A DNA stretch of 64,000 bases from assembly GCF_004010195.1 (NCBI RefSeq), contig NC_057749.1, positions 8,965,787 through 9,029,786 on the forward strand. Direction: 5' to 3'. Below are positions 24,840 through 37,733 of the stretch, piece after piece; positions within the stretch are counted from its first letter, which is position 1; each line of letters begins with the position of its first letter. The stretch is from Chiloscyllium plagiosum. Taxonomy: Eukaryota. The position numbers were made by a program, and so were the translations under genes. The notes below the pieces were generated by a model. That model was given only the letters and a program-made list of their open reading frames with translations, was not told where the DNA came from and ran no database searches.

Positions 24840-25375
24840 GATTATAAGAGAAGGGAGGTGATAATGCAGCTCTACAAAACTCTAGTTATCCCACAGTTGG
24901 AGTACTGTGTGCAGTTCTGGTCACCGAACTATGGGGAGATGTGATTGCACTGGGGTGGGTGCAGAGGAAATTCACCAGGATGTTGCCTGGGATGGAACAT
25001 TTTAGCTTTGGAGAAAGGCTGGATAAACTCAGATCGGTTCTTATTGTAGCAGAGAAGGTTGAGAGGGGACCTGATAGTGTGTACATTGTGGACTGGAAAC
25101 TGATCCCTTTAATTAAAGGGTCATTAGAGGGCATAATTGTAAGGTGAAAGACAGAGGGGATTTGGGAAAAAAAATCATACCACAACAGAAGGTGAAGGGA
25201 ATCAGGAATCAAGAGCATGAGAGATGGGAAACTTCGCAATCTTTAAAAAATAAATCCATGGATGAGCATTTGAAATGTCATAACGTTCAAGGCTATGGGT
25301 GGAATGCTGGGTGAGTGTGGATAGATGCGGAAAGGGCAGACCCAATGTGTGGAAGGGTCTCTTCTCTGCTGTACA
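24840..25375 (+). mobile_element. CR1 LINE 3' fragment, old
   Basis: QLYKTLV.PQLEYCVQFWSP...VQRKFTRMLPGM. Confidence 0.8.
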
Positions 25376-26957
25376 ATTAGGTAAGGATTGCTGATTTCCT
25401 TCCTTAGAGAACATCACTGAACCAGATGAGTTTTTACAGCAATTGGTTAGATGGATATCGTGAGGCCAGATTTTTATTCCTCAGTTTTTAAACTGAATTC
25501 AAACTTCACCATCAGTTATAGTGAGTTTCAGAACCCAGGTCTCCAGAACATTAGCCTGGGGTTCTGGATTTCCTGTTCAGTGATGTTACTACTTAATCAG
25601 TACCTTCCCTCTTGCAGACTGCTATTAAATGGTGCCTTTCAGGCAATGCATTCCAAACCATAAGCTGGCAGTAAGAAACACGATTCTCTGAACGTAGAGG
25701 CTATTTTCAAATTTGGAGGCTTTGTTTTAGCAGCTTTGACGTGAGCCTTGTGGTAAAATTAGTGTGCTTTTATACACTTCACCTCTTATTGGAGCGAGAG
25801 TCTTTTAGAGAAATGAATGAAGGAAATGTCAGAGGATAATTAGTAATTAGTTACAGAAAGCACACACCTTTGTGAGATGGAAATATCAAGCATTAAGGGA
25901 TACGAGAATGGCTTTCTAAAAATAGACTCTATTCAGAGAGACATGTCTTTCCAATTGTTCCCGTCGATTATTGTAAAAACAGAGGCAGCTGTCAGAAGCT
26001 AAATTCCAAGGAAAGGTTTCTGAAGTTCTGGCTTTTTCTTTTTGGAACGAGATATTGTGTGGTTCAAGTTAAAAACTGTGAAGGAAATTTTTTTTGTTAT
26101 GTGGTTTAATGCCAACACTGAGGAGCTTAGATCCAAGACAGACTGATCAAAGAGAAGGCAAGAACTGTCTTCAGACTTGAGCTTATTTCTAACACTTTCC
26201 ATAGAATCCCTGCAGTGTGGAAACAGGCCATTTGGCCCAACGATTCCACACCAACCCTCCAAAGAGCATCCCATCCAGACCCATCCCCATCTCACTATCC
26301 CATGCCTGTAACCCTGCATTTCCCATGGCTAACGTACCTAACCTACACATCCGTAGGCACTATGGGTAATTTAGCATGGACAATCCACTAAACTTGCAAG
26401 TCTTTGGACTATGGGAGGAAAGGGGAGAACCCGGAGGAAACCCACACAGACATGGGGAGAATGTGCAAACTCCACACAGACAGACACCCGAGGCTGTGAT
26501 CCCACAAGCTGCTGGACAAAGTGCGTATATGAATGTTAGACTAGATTCATCTTCTCCATTATGCTCACTTGTCAAGATAACGGATCCTCTGGTGAGTAGC
26601 CTGAGCACTAGAAAGGGAACAACCCTTTCAATGAAGGAGAAATGTAACAAGGGTAAGATTATTCTTAAATTTAAAAAGTCACCATTGTTCCACTGAACCA
26701 TGAGGCTCCTGTCTCATCAGAGAGAAGCAACTGATGGTGGTTTAGCCTGAGGGTCACCACACTACAGGTGAGGGGAGAGGTTGAGAAGGTGGGGACCTTC
26801 ATGTTAACCTCAGCCAGTGCGGGGAATTGAACCCAGGCTGTTGGCATCACTCTGCATCACAAACTAACCATTCAAGCCACAATCCCCCTTGTTTAAAGAT
26901 AAGCCGTAGGAAGTTATTGTTCAATGACAGCAAAGGATAACATTATTATGGAATGGA

Positions 26958-27436
26958 TATAGGTTTACTCATTGCACTGGAAAGTTCATTTCAGATGTTT
27001 CATCACCATACTAGATAACATCTTCAGTGAGCCTCCGGATGAAGCATACAATGGTGTAGCCTGCTTTCTATTTATGTGTTTGGGTTTCCTTGGGATGATG
27101 ATGTCATTTCCTGTGGTGACATCATTTCCGGTTATTTTTCTCAGGGCGTGGTAAATGGGATCCAAGTCAATGTGTTTGTTGATAGAGTTCCAGTTGGAAT
27201 GCTATTCTAGGAATTCTCGTGTGTGTCTCTGGCTTGCCCTAAGATGGATGTGTTGTCCTAATTGAAATGGTGTCCTTCCTTATCTGTATGTAAGGATACT
27301 ATTGAGAGTGGGTCATGTCTTTTTGTGGCTAGTTGGTGTTCATGTAACCTGGTGGCTAGTTTTCTGCCTGTTTGTCCAATGTAGTGTTTGTTACAGTTCT
27401 TGCAAGGTATTTTTTTAAATGACATTAGTTTTGCAA
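26958..27436 (-). mobile_element. PLE family D 3' fragment with GIY-YIG remnant
   Basis: Minus strand reads KTNVI...IPCKNCNKHYIGQTGRKLATRLHEH; homologous to 2962-3400. Confidence 0.85.
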
Positions 27437-29123
27437 ACTAAAGTGTAAAAGTGTAACTTATCTGTCCAACTGACTGCTGTATCTTCAGTGCTCCAGTATG
27501 TTAACCTATTAAACTGCTTGAAGTCAATGCTTTATAAGCAGTTAATCAGGTCTTGCTCAGCTTAAATGTATATTTGCTTCTGGCTGCACCTTTTCGCAGT
27601 CTGGTCAGTTCTGGTCTCCATCTTATATAATAGATACAGAGTCATTAGGGAAGATGTGAGAAAAAACAACGGATACACAAGGATGATCTTGGAAATGAAA
27701 GATTGAACTGACAATTTCAGTCAGTTGGTGCATCGAAGAGTAGGTACAGAGCATAATCACAGAAACATCGAATAGAATCCATACAGTATAGAAGCAGGCC
27801 ATTCCATCCATCCCAATCCTCCACAGAGCACCCCACCCAAAGCCACGCTCCTACTCTGTCCCTGTCACCCGACGTTTCCTCATGGCCAATCCACCTAACC
27901 TGCACATCTTTGGACTGTGGGAGGAAACTGGATTAGCTACAGAGAGAATGTGCAAACTCCACACAGACAGTCACCCAAGGTTGGATTTGAACCCAGGTCC
28001 CTGGTGCTGTGAAGCAGCAGTGCTAACCAGTGAGTCACCTTGCCACCCTGAAAACTGCTGATCTAAAAATTAGAACCATATAAGAGTGGATTGCTTGGTG
28101 ACACTGGGTTTGTTTTTAAGAATCAGAATGAGTTTTGAAGAATCAGAGGTGATTTGGTTGAAACATAGAAGATCCTGAGGGGACATGACTAGGAGGATGT
28201 GGAATGGATGTTTCCTCTTGTGGGAGAATCTAGAACGAAATGTCACTGTTTAAGAACAAAGTGTCACCGACTTTAAGACAGAGATGAGGAAGCTCCCAGA
28301 GAGGTGAGAGCCTTTGGGATTCCTTTCCCCATAAAGGAGTGAAATCTTTAAATAGTCTTAGGGCAGGGGTAGATAAATTCTTGATGACCAAGGGTATGAA
28401 AGATTAATGGGGATATGCAGGACAGAAGAGTTGAGGGTAAAATCATGATCTTGTCGAATGGGGCAGGAGGGTTGAAGGGCCAAGTGGCCTACTCTTGCTT
28501 CTTGTTCTTTCAGGATCCAAGTCAGGAAAAATTCCCATCCACAAAGCTCAGTGGTGGACTGGAGCTCTCTTTTGATAATGAGTGATATTAAATCAATTTT
28601 AAATGTAAGACCAATAGATTGTCGCTATCCACAAGTATTAAGGGCTATCGGGCAAAAGCAGGGCTCTCGATAGAGTTTGGAGATCAGCCATGTGAATAGA
28701 CAACTCCTACCTTCCCATCTGATCTGACAATGGACAAGTTACTTAATCGAGTCGTGTCAATTAAGGGACCGTTGTTGTCCCTGGATGTCAGGGGGAGAAT
28801 TCTATTGCCTTGCTTTGATGCAGTGCCATGTCATCTTGTATCTCCATAAGAGCAAACTAACATAATCAGCACCAAGCTAAATAAACAGCGACTTCAGTTG
28901 TCATCATCAAATCAGGACAAAATATGTGAGTAAATGGAGACACTGTGGATAGCATGGTAGCTCAGTGGTCAGCACTACTGCCTCATAGAGCGAGGTTTGA
29001 TTTCACACTCGAAATAGGTTTTCACGTTCTCCCTGTGTTTTTATGGGTTTCCTCCGGGTGCTCCAATTTCCTACCACAGTCCAAAGATGTACAGGTCAGG
29101 TGCACAGGCTGGGAAATTGCCCT

Positions 29124-29317
29124 GTCCAGGTAGTCCTTCCAATAACACGATGATTGTGTTCTTGTACGAACCTTCGCTACATAAAAATGGCACTTAAAAT
29201 GTTGATGATGCAGTTGCGTTATAGCCAACACCTGTTTTAAACAGCATCCCCTATTCGTCAATCGCCTTCGAGCAAATTTGCATTGACGTAACGCGTGTTA
29301 CAGCAGAATGGCCTGTA
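29124..29317. mobile_element. Tc1/mariner-Tigger-like MITE inserted in an HE1 SINE
   Basis: Imperfect terminal inverted repeats caggtagtccttccaataacacg ... cgtgttacagcagaatggcctg followed by ta; interrupts the SINE at 28945-29430. Confidence 0.5.
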
Positions 29318-30542
29318 GTGGTTTAGCCATGGGAAATGCAGGATTATAGAGAGGGGGAGGGTCACCAGAGAGTGAGTGTGGTCTTGATGGGCTGAATGGC
29401 CTGCGTCCACTCTGTAGGGCTGCTATGATTCACATTCGTGGGTGGGTGTGTCATGAATGGGTGGGGAACTGTATGTTCGTACTGCAGGCTTACCTGCACA
29501 TTGGCTCAAATGCATAATTTAGAGACATTCCCTCAACAATCATAAGCTGACCATGTATCAATTGTTTCAATCAGCTCCTGTTACGGATATAGATCATGGC
29601 ATTTATTTACATGCTGCAGTTATAGCTCCTTTATGGTCAATCTCTGGTCACTAAAACTTCTAAAAGTAATTCACTGTAACAGTGTTAATGCTACCGCAAT
29701 CCTACATATGACAAAATACACAGAGATTGCAATAGTGCTATTCAAGCCCATGACAACAAAAAACCCACTAAAGTTAATTAATTTTGAACATCGGAAGTGT
29801 GTAATCGTTTCAGATTCTGTATAAATCCGAGTACAAATCATTTCTTACCTTCTAGTTGCAAAGCAGAATTATCTGTAATTCAATGCTCTCCATCCATTTG
29901 CATGAAGAATGGGTTCTGAATAAAGGTCATTGGGCCTAAAACATTAACTCTGATTTATGTTTACAGAATATGCCAGACCTGCTGAGTTTTTCTGGTAATT
30001 TTTGTTTTTGTTTCTGATTTGCAGCATCCGCAGTTAATTTTTTTTCTTGTTTACGCATATTTATGACCTGGTTCTTTGAATTACCCCTGAGTTATGATAC
30101 GATTGTCTGTAGAGTCTCAAAACTTCTACATTAACAAATAATGCCCTTGATTAATTGATGATCTGGAATGTTGTTTTTGGCTCTTTCTGCCCTTCTCCAG
30201 TTGATGAACCAATTGTTTTCTGAGCAGATTGCTGACAGATGCATTTCTTCCTTGACTTTTTGGAATGCAAGCCATCCTCTTGGTCTCTTCCAGAACTTGG
30301 TTTTATTCTTGATGTTTAAATTGGCACTGCTGGCAGAACAATAATAATCAATTTGCTTCACCATCATGTTGGCTTTAGTAGTAACAGCAAGGAGGTAGTG
30401 GACAGATGGTAGTGTACTCTGGAGCACTTTGCTGTCTGCAGTAATTTGTTTCTACATTATAATGATAACTACACTTCAAAAATGCTATAAACTGATATCC
30501 AGCACAGTTGGATAAATGCAAGTTTTCCTTCTTTTCCTATAT

Positions 30543-31203
30543 AGTCATAGAGATGTACAGCACGGAAACAGACCCTTTGGTTTGACTCGTCCATGCCGAC
30601 CAGATATCCAAGATTAATCTAGTCCAATTTGCCAACTCAGCCCATATCCCTCTAAACCCTTCCTATTCACATTAATCTCATCCCATTTGCCAGCATGTAG
30701 TCCATGTGCCTCTAAACTCTTCCTATTCATACGCCCGTCCAGATGCCTTTTAAATGTTGTAATTGTACCAGCCTCTACCACTTCCTCTGGCAGCTCATTC
30801 CAAGCATGCACCACCATCTGTGTGAAAAAATTGCCCCTTAGGTCCCTTTTAAATGTTTCCCCGCTCACCTCAAACTTATGTCCTCTAGTTCTGGACTTCC
30901 CCACCCCAGGGGAAAGACCTTAACTATTCACCCTATCCATGCCCCTCATGATTTTATAAACCTCTATAATGTCACCCCTCAGCTTCTGCCACTGCAGGGA
31001 ACACAGCCCCAGCCTATTCAGCCTCTCTCTATAGCTCCAAACCTCCAACCCTGGCAGCATCCTTTTCCCAACCCTTTCATGTTTTACAACATCCTCCTGA
31101 CAGCAAGGAGACCAGAACTGCACAGTATTCCAAACGTGGCCTAACCAATGTCCTGTAAAGCCAGAACATGACCTCCCAACTCCTATACTTAATGCACTTA
31201 CCA
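30543..31203 (-). mobile_element. HER1/CR1 LINE 3' fragment
   Basis: ORFs 30920-31204 and 30614-30904: QFWSP...LRGDIIEVYKIMRG; SRTRGHKF...FFTQMVVHAWNELP. Confidence 0.92.
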
Positions 31204-31654
31204 ATTGTTACCTATGCATTAGCAATTTATGAAGAGGTGAATTCCCTGTGGGTGATAATGTGCCTCACACTGTGACAGTTCTGATGGAGAGTCATCCAGA
31301 TCCAAAATGTTAGCCTGTTCTGTCTCTATGGATGCTGCTTGACCCACTGGGATTTCAAACTTTTTTTGTTTTCAGTACATTATTCAGTTTTTCACTGACT
31401 TAAAAACCTATATTCCAGACAGGGAAGGGATAGTAGGATGATTTCCTCTTCCTTCCACCTCTCAACCAACCACAGAAACATGCATTTAAAAATGAAATTT
31501 TGAACCCTTGGGTGCTGTGACTCAAAGGAACAAATACAAGACAGGTTTTCTCATTAGATTTTTTTAGAAAGAAAGAATGAACCTTTATTTCTAAACACCC
31601 GAACATATTTCCCACAGCACCTACTCACACTTGCATATGAGACATATGCACATA

Positions 31655-31953
31655 AGAGTGATTAGCACTTCTGCCTCATAGCACCAGGGACCCAAGTCTG
31701 ATTCCAGCCTCGGGCGACTGTGTGTGTGGAGTTTGCACATCCTCCCCTTGTCTGTGTGGGTATCCTCCAGGTGCTCCGGTTTCCTTCCACAATCCAAAGA
31801 TGTGCAGGTTTGGTGGATTGGCCATGCTAAATTGCCCATAGTGTTAGGTGCATTAGTCAGAGGGAAATGGGTCTGGGTGGGTTACTCTTCAGAGGGTCGG
31901 TGTGGGCCAAAAGGGCCTGTTTCCACTCTGTAGGGTATCTAATCTAATCAAAT
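31655..31953 (+). mobile_element. HE1 SINE
   Basis: Central domain and (ctaat)n tail. Confidence 0.88.
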
Positions 31954-32639
31954 CATAAAGAAAAGGTGATGACAAAAGAAATAACATGCAATGAAGTTTT
32001 CTGAATTAAAAAAGTCCTGTAAGTTCAGCCACAAGTTGCAAACATTGCAGGCCCAATAATTCACCTGGCCAACTGAGGATTGGTGGTGATGGATACGATT
32101 GGCTTATTCCTTGCAGCGGTCGGTTTCAATGTTGCTCCAATTGACAGAAAGTTATCCCCGAGATGGTGGCAGAGTAGGGACAGTTCCACTGGGGTTTGTC
32201 AGCTCCATCCGCTCCAATTCATCCCTTTCTTCTCTTCTTTTCCTCCTCTTCCCTTGTCTTCTCTGTACTTTTTCCCTCCATTCTATAATTTATTCCTGAA
32301 TCTGCAATGCAGGACTTTTCTAACTTCTCTATTTTTTCCAAGAACTATAACTGAACGAGTTGTGCCTGGGGACCTTTGTATCTAAGATGGTGCTATAAGT
32401 GGCAACTTGCACACTTCTCACTGCACCTATTTGACACAATAAAGCTAATTCATTAATCGTGATGATTTGGCTCGGTTCTTCAAATTGGTAAGTAAATAGT
32501 TAGCCCCATTTCCTTCCTGTCAGTGGATTCTGCAGAGAGTTATTCATGTGATGCAAATGATCAATTATTCCATGGCCCCCTTTTCTCCCAGACTGACTCA
32601 CATGGGTTTCTGTAAAAGAAAATCTTAATAAATGCTGTT

Positions 32640-33242
32640 GTTAAAAAAATTCAGAAAAGATCTATAAGGCTGTTGCCAGGATTGTAGGGTTTGAGCTATA
32701 GAGAGTCTGAATAGGCTTGGTCCCTGGAACATCGGAGGTTGAGGGGTGACCTTATAGAGGTTTATAAAATCATGGAGGTGAATAGAGTGAATAGCCAAGG
32801 TCTTTTCCCCAGAGTAGGGGAATCCAAAACAAGAGGGAACAGGTTTAAGGTGAGAGGGGAAAGATTTAAAAGGGACCTAAGGGGCAAATTTTTCACGCAG
32901 AAGGTGGTGCATGTATGGAACGAGCTGTCAGAGGAAGTGGTGGGGACTGGTAAAATTTGTGTTGAAACTTTCGAGGAGAAAGTGAGGTCTGCAGATGCTG
33001 GAGGTTGTACGTATTTTGAACTGGTCCTCCTGGGAGCAGATGCGGCGGAGACGAAGGAATTGGGAGAATGGGATGGCGTTTTTACAGGGGGACTGGTAAA
33101 ATTACAACATTTGGATGGGAAATGAATAGGAAAGGTTTAGAGGGATAAGAGCCAAATGGGACTAGATTAATTTCAGATATCTAGTCAGTATGGATGAGTT
33201 GAACTGAAGGGTCTGTTTCGGTGCTGTGTATCTCTATGACTT
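32640..33242 (+). mobile_element. HER1/CR1 3' fragment carrying a chimeric PLE family A insert at 32958-33087
   Basis: RGDLIEVYKIM...FFTQKVVHVWNEL; 16-bp duplication ggggactggtaaaatt at 32942-32957 and 33088-33103. Confidence 0.85.
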
Positions 33243-33544
33243 GAAATGGCTCTCATCAAAAGTTGACCATAATTATTGGTGTTTCCATTGTCTAATGCAA
33301 GGTCATCATGTTAGGATAAGAGATAGCAGATTTAGCGATGAGGAGAAGTTACACCTCTTAAAGGGTTGTGAATCTGTGGAATGCACTACCCAGGGTGTGG
33401 CAGATGCTGGGATATTGAATAAATTTAAGGAGGAGATAGACTTTTTTTAAATTAGTAATGGGCTCAGGGGTCATGAGGAGAGGGTAGGAAAGTGGTGTTG
33501 AGGCCGAGATGAGATCAGCCATGATTGTGTCAAATATTAAAGCA

Positions 33545-33745
33545 GTCTAAAGCATCACAGCAAGTCAGGCAGCATCCCTGGAGAGAGCAGGTTAGTGTTT
33601 TTCATCAGAGCTGTGATGAGGAGTCATCCAGACTTGAAACATTAACCTGTTCTCTCTCTCCAGGAATGTTGCCTGACCCACTGTGATATCCAGCATTTTT
33701 TTTCTTTTCAGTCACGATTCCAGCATCTGCAGAAATTTGCTCCTC
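33545..33745. mobile_element. PLE family E inverted fragment with a degenerate hammerhead motif
   Basis: gtgatga ggagtc-atcca-gactt gaaa ca tt aac at about 33613; a relative at 31281 reads ctgatggagagtcatccagatccaaaatgtt. Confidence 0.55.
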
Positions 33746-34307
33746 CAAGTTCTTATGTTGTAATGTTCCAATAATGTGAGCATTGAGACACATGGAGTTT
33801 GAACCTAGACTATTGCAGCATGGTGGCTCAGTGGTTAGCACTGCACCCACACAGTACCAGGGACCTGGTTCGATTCCAGCCTCAGGTAACTGTCTGTGTA
33901 GAGCTTGTACGTTCTTGGATTAGATTCCCCACAGTGTGGAAACAGGCCCTTCGGCCCATCCAGTCCACACTGACCCTCCGAAGAGTAGCCCACCCAGACC
34001 CATTTTCCTCTGACTAATGCACCTGACACTATGGGCAATTTAGCACGGCCAATTCACCTGACCCGCACATCTTTGTGACTGTGGGAGGAAACCGGAGGAA
34101 ACCCACGCAGACACGGGGAGAATGTGCACACTTCACACAGACAGTTGCCCGAGGCTGGAATTGAACCTGGGACCCTGGTGCTGTGAGGCAGCAGTGCTAA
34201 CCACTGAGTTCTTCTCTTGTCTGTGTGGGTTTCCGCTGGGTGTTCTGGGGTTTCCTCCCACAGTTCAAAGATGTGCAGGTTAGGTGGATTGACTACACTA
34301 AATTGCC

Positions 34308-34465
34308 TTTTAGGAAATTCAGCCTCTCATCTGACCACAAAGCGAGACACCCCGGTACCGATGGGTCAGACAGAGCATTACCCTCGCAGATGAAAGGGTG
34401 TGAAAGCACACGCCAGCCGAAACCAGCCGTGTGCGCGAGCTCAGAGGAGAGAGTGGGAGCTCCAC
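34308..34465 (-). other. Retroposed copy of an unidentified structured, CpG-rich RNA
   Basis: Flanked by the 12-bp direct repeat cactaaattgcc (34296-34307, 34466-34477); the minus strand ends in AAAA and folds into several hairpins, one capped by UUCG. Confidence 0.6.
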
Positions 34466-34613
34466 CACTAAATTGCCCATAGTGTGCAGAGATGTGTAGG
34501 TTAGGTGAATTGGCTACACTAAGTTGCCCATAGTGTGCAGAGATGTGTAGGTTAGATGGATTGGCTACACTAAATTGCCCATAGTGTGCAGAGATGTGTA
34601 GGTTAGGTGCATT
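34466..34613. repeat. 51-bp tandem repeat, about 3 copies, SINE-derived
   Basis: cactaaattgcccatagtgtgcagagatgtgtaggttaggtgaattggcta starts at 34466, 34517 and 34568. Confidence 0.92.
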
Positions 34614-34929
34614 ATTCAGGGGAAATGTAGAGTAAGAGGGTAGGTGAACGGGTCTAGGTGGGTTATTCTTGAGAGGGTAGGTGTGGCCTGATTCCACACT
34701 GTAGGGGTTCTATTGCATCTCCTTGTGATAGAACAGCTTTTCCTCATGTCCATGTTTTGGAATTTCATTCTGTGGCCACCGACATCATTGTGCCATGTGG
34801 ACCTTTGGTACAATGGCAGCCAATAAATCCATGGGTGACATTGTCTTGTTGCATTTTTAACATTTTCTCTCAATGTTTCAAAAGGTAATTTATAATTTAA
34901 TGTCCAACCAGATCAGCAAGTTCATTCCT

Positions 34930-35180
34930 GCCTCAGGGAGATTGCTATACATCGACCTTAGAACTGTATGACTTTAAATAATACTGATCGTGCTAATGTT
35001 GATTGTGACTAGAGCAAGTCCTGTGCGATGTAACTTTTGTACCTCTTTCTAAATGTTTTTCATCCTATGATCTGTATGTCCTTGCTTATTATGACCAGCC
35101 TGTACTGCTTGTAAACAAAGCTTTTCACTGTACTTAGGTACGCATGGCAATAATAAATCAAATGAAATCAAATCAAATAT
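34930..35180 (+). mobile_element. Rex1/Babar-type LINE 3' UTR fragment
   Basis: Tail caaagcttttcactgtacttaggtac...aataataaatcaaat(gaaat/caaat)n matches the tail of the Rex1 copy at 48864-49545. Confidence 0.7.
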
Positions 35181-36695
35181 TTTTTATTCTGCTTAGATAA
35201 AAGCAAAATACTGCAGATGCTGGAAATCAGGAACAAGCACAAAGAATGCCGGAGAAGGTCTTGATCATTTTCCATGTTATTTTTAACTCAAGAAATGTTC
35301 ACAGATAAACCTGTCTGGATGAGACACCTATCAGTGACTTCCTATCTACAATCAATTTGTCAACAGTTCTGTTTAGAAGGAATCAAATAACAAAAGTTAC
35401 TCAGCCAGATTATTTGGAAAAAAACCCCACAAAAGTGCTGGGACCCTTCCTGTTCTGAGGAAGGGTCACTGGACCCGAAAACATTAACTCTGATTTCTCT
35501 CCGCAGATGTTGCCAGACTTGCTGAGCTTTTCCAGGAATTTCTGTTTGTGTTTCTGGACAAACTCAATGGGTCAGGCAGCATCTGTTGACAGGGAAGCAA
35601 TTAATGCTTTGAGTCTGAGATGTCTCTTTATTGGAACTTAAGTTGAGACCCCAGCTTTCTCACTATATTTTTCAGTTATTAAAATGTGAACAAATTGATT
35701 TCCTACAGGGACAAACATTAAGCAATCAATGATAGTGAGTTTGCTTTAGTTACTCAGCAGAACTGTGGCAGTTAAGAGAAGGCTATTCCTGGCAAGGAAT
35801 TAATATTTACAGGGAGTTCACAAGAGCATGCTAATGTTAACTGGAAACATTTGAAAGTAAGTTAATATTTGAAGGTGTATTCTAGACAGGTGTTAATATT
35901 TAGAGGAAGTTCTGGAGAATTTGAGAATATTTACAACTGGTTTTTGGGAGTATATGTTTGCAGTAAAGACTAATATTGGTCAGTACCCTGGGATTAGTAC
36001 CTCAATTTTGCAAAATCATTCCATGAAACCTTTCTTGCCCGCCTCAGAATATAAGTAGGGCCCCAATGTAAAGTTTTATCTGAAAGATGGCACCTCTGAT
36101 AATGCAGCACTTCTTTGGTCCTGCACTGGATTGGGTCTTGAACCCTCTAACTCAGTAGCAAATATTCAGCACAATGAATTCCAGTTAACACTATAATCCT
36201 TTCAGCTTTGTCAATCTGCTTTACTACACAGAGACTTCTTCCATTTCCCTGTCAGAGAACTCCGAAACAGTCACTCCTTCATTAATACAATGCAATTTAT
36301 AGCAACTACTTTATCTATGGCGCTGCATTATATTTTGAGTTTGGAAAGTTCAGTTGGATTGTAATGTGGAGTAGCACAAACAGCAATGGGTTCAATTCCC
36401 GCACTGGCTGAGGTTACTATGAAAGATTCCCCTTTTCAACTTCTCTCTTGTCTGAGACATAACCTCAGGTTAACAACTACCAGTCGTTTCTCTCGAATAA
36501 ATAAAGGAAAGACCCTTTAGAACAGAGATAAGGAGAAACTCCTTCAGCCAGAGAATGGTGAATCTATGGAATTCACTGCCACAGAAGGCTGTGGAGGCCA
36601 GGTCATTAAGATAGGTAGAAGGATAGGTTCTAGATTGTCAAGGAGATCAAGGGTCACAGGTAGAAAGCAGGAGAATGGGGTTGAGAGACTTATCA

Positions 36696-36866
36696 GGGAG
36701 GAGAAAGTGAGGACTGCAGATGCTGGAGATCAGAGTCGAGAATGTGGTGCTGGAAAAGCACAGCAAGTCAGGCAATATCCAAGGAGCAGGAGAATCGACT
36801 TTTTGGTCATAAGCCCCTCATCACACCTGGCCTGCTGTGCTTTTCCAGAACCACACTCTCGACTAG
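36696..36866. mobile_element. PLE family A inverted insertion inside a CR1 3' UTR
   Basis: Arm ggagaaagtgagg...aagcccctcatca followed by its partial reverse complement; flanks gagacttatcag / gaaactcatcag. Confidence 0.75.
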
Positions 36867-37381
36867 AAACTCATCAGCCATGATTGAATGGCCGAGCAGA
36901 CTCGATGGGCTGAATGGCCTAATTTCTGCTCCTATGTCTTATCGTCTTATGAGCGAGCAGCCCAATAGTCCAGTAAGACTACAGTGACCTTACTTTTAAT
37001 ATAATAAAACATCAAAGACATTTCACAGGTGCATGAGCAAAGTCCAATCCTGAGCCATTTACTGAGAAATTAAGTCAGATGACCAATAGTTTGATTGAAG
37101 AGATAGGTTTTAACGAGTATTTTGAAGATGGAGAGGTGGAGAGAGGGGACTCCAGAGCTTTGGACCCAAGCAGCTAACGGTGTGGCTGACCATGGTGGAA
37201 TGATTAAAACAGGGATTTCACAACAGTCAGAAACAGAGGAGCACAGAGATTTCAAAGCCCCATCACCAACAAACTGGGCCTTCATTAGATGTGAACAGAA
37301 ACTGGACATAGGACCCAAACAAATGCTGTACTCTTGCAATATCTACTTCACGACACACAGTGCCATTTTCCAATAGTCTTA

Positions 37382-37733
37382 TGTTGGCCCAGATGGAAAG
37401 AATAAAGACAAGAACAGGGTCTAGGTGAAGAGAACCCTGTCTCCTGCTCTGTTATCACCCTGTCTCAAGTGTCCCTTTCTTTCCAGTTGATGTCCCATTC
37501 ATATTGTGACCTTATGCACCCCTTCGAACAATTCGCTCTGATTACTATATAAACGCTGCAGTGTCGGATTTAAATAGGGTCTTCTCTCAGCTCTGTAGGA
37601 CTTGGAGTGATGCAAGATTGAGAAGTGTGTGGTCCAAACCCAGTGAAACCACTAACCTATGAACCAAATGGCTTGTGCAAGAAAATAACCTTTCATCGAC
37701 AACTGAATACAAGGTGCACCATCAATTACAACA
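37382..37733 (+). mobile_element. Possible solo LTR
   Basis: Bounded by TGTTG...CAACA inverted termini, with internal tatataaa (about 37546) and a downstream aataac; no TSD recognised. Confidence 0.35.

Larger units (their letters stand above)
33815..34712 (+). mobile_element. HE1 SINE containing a second, antisense HE1 (33918-34210), a 158-bp foreign insert and a 51-bp triplication
   Basis: The outer SINE breaks at gttctt (33911) and resumes at gttctt (34208). Confidence 0.8.

Noticed and set aside
29844..29880. Minus-strand 24-nt micro-exon (cag...AAG|gtaaga)
   Set aside because: No polypyrimidine tract at the acceptor.
34308..34465. Identification of the insert as U17/SNORA73 or a spliceosomal snRNA
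   Set aside because: Only fleeting word similarity; the U17 AUAUUCCUA motif, H/ACA boxes and an Sm site are not present.
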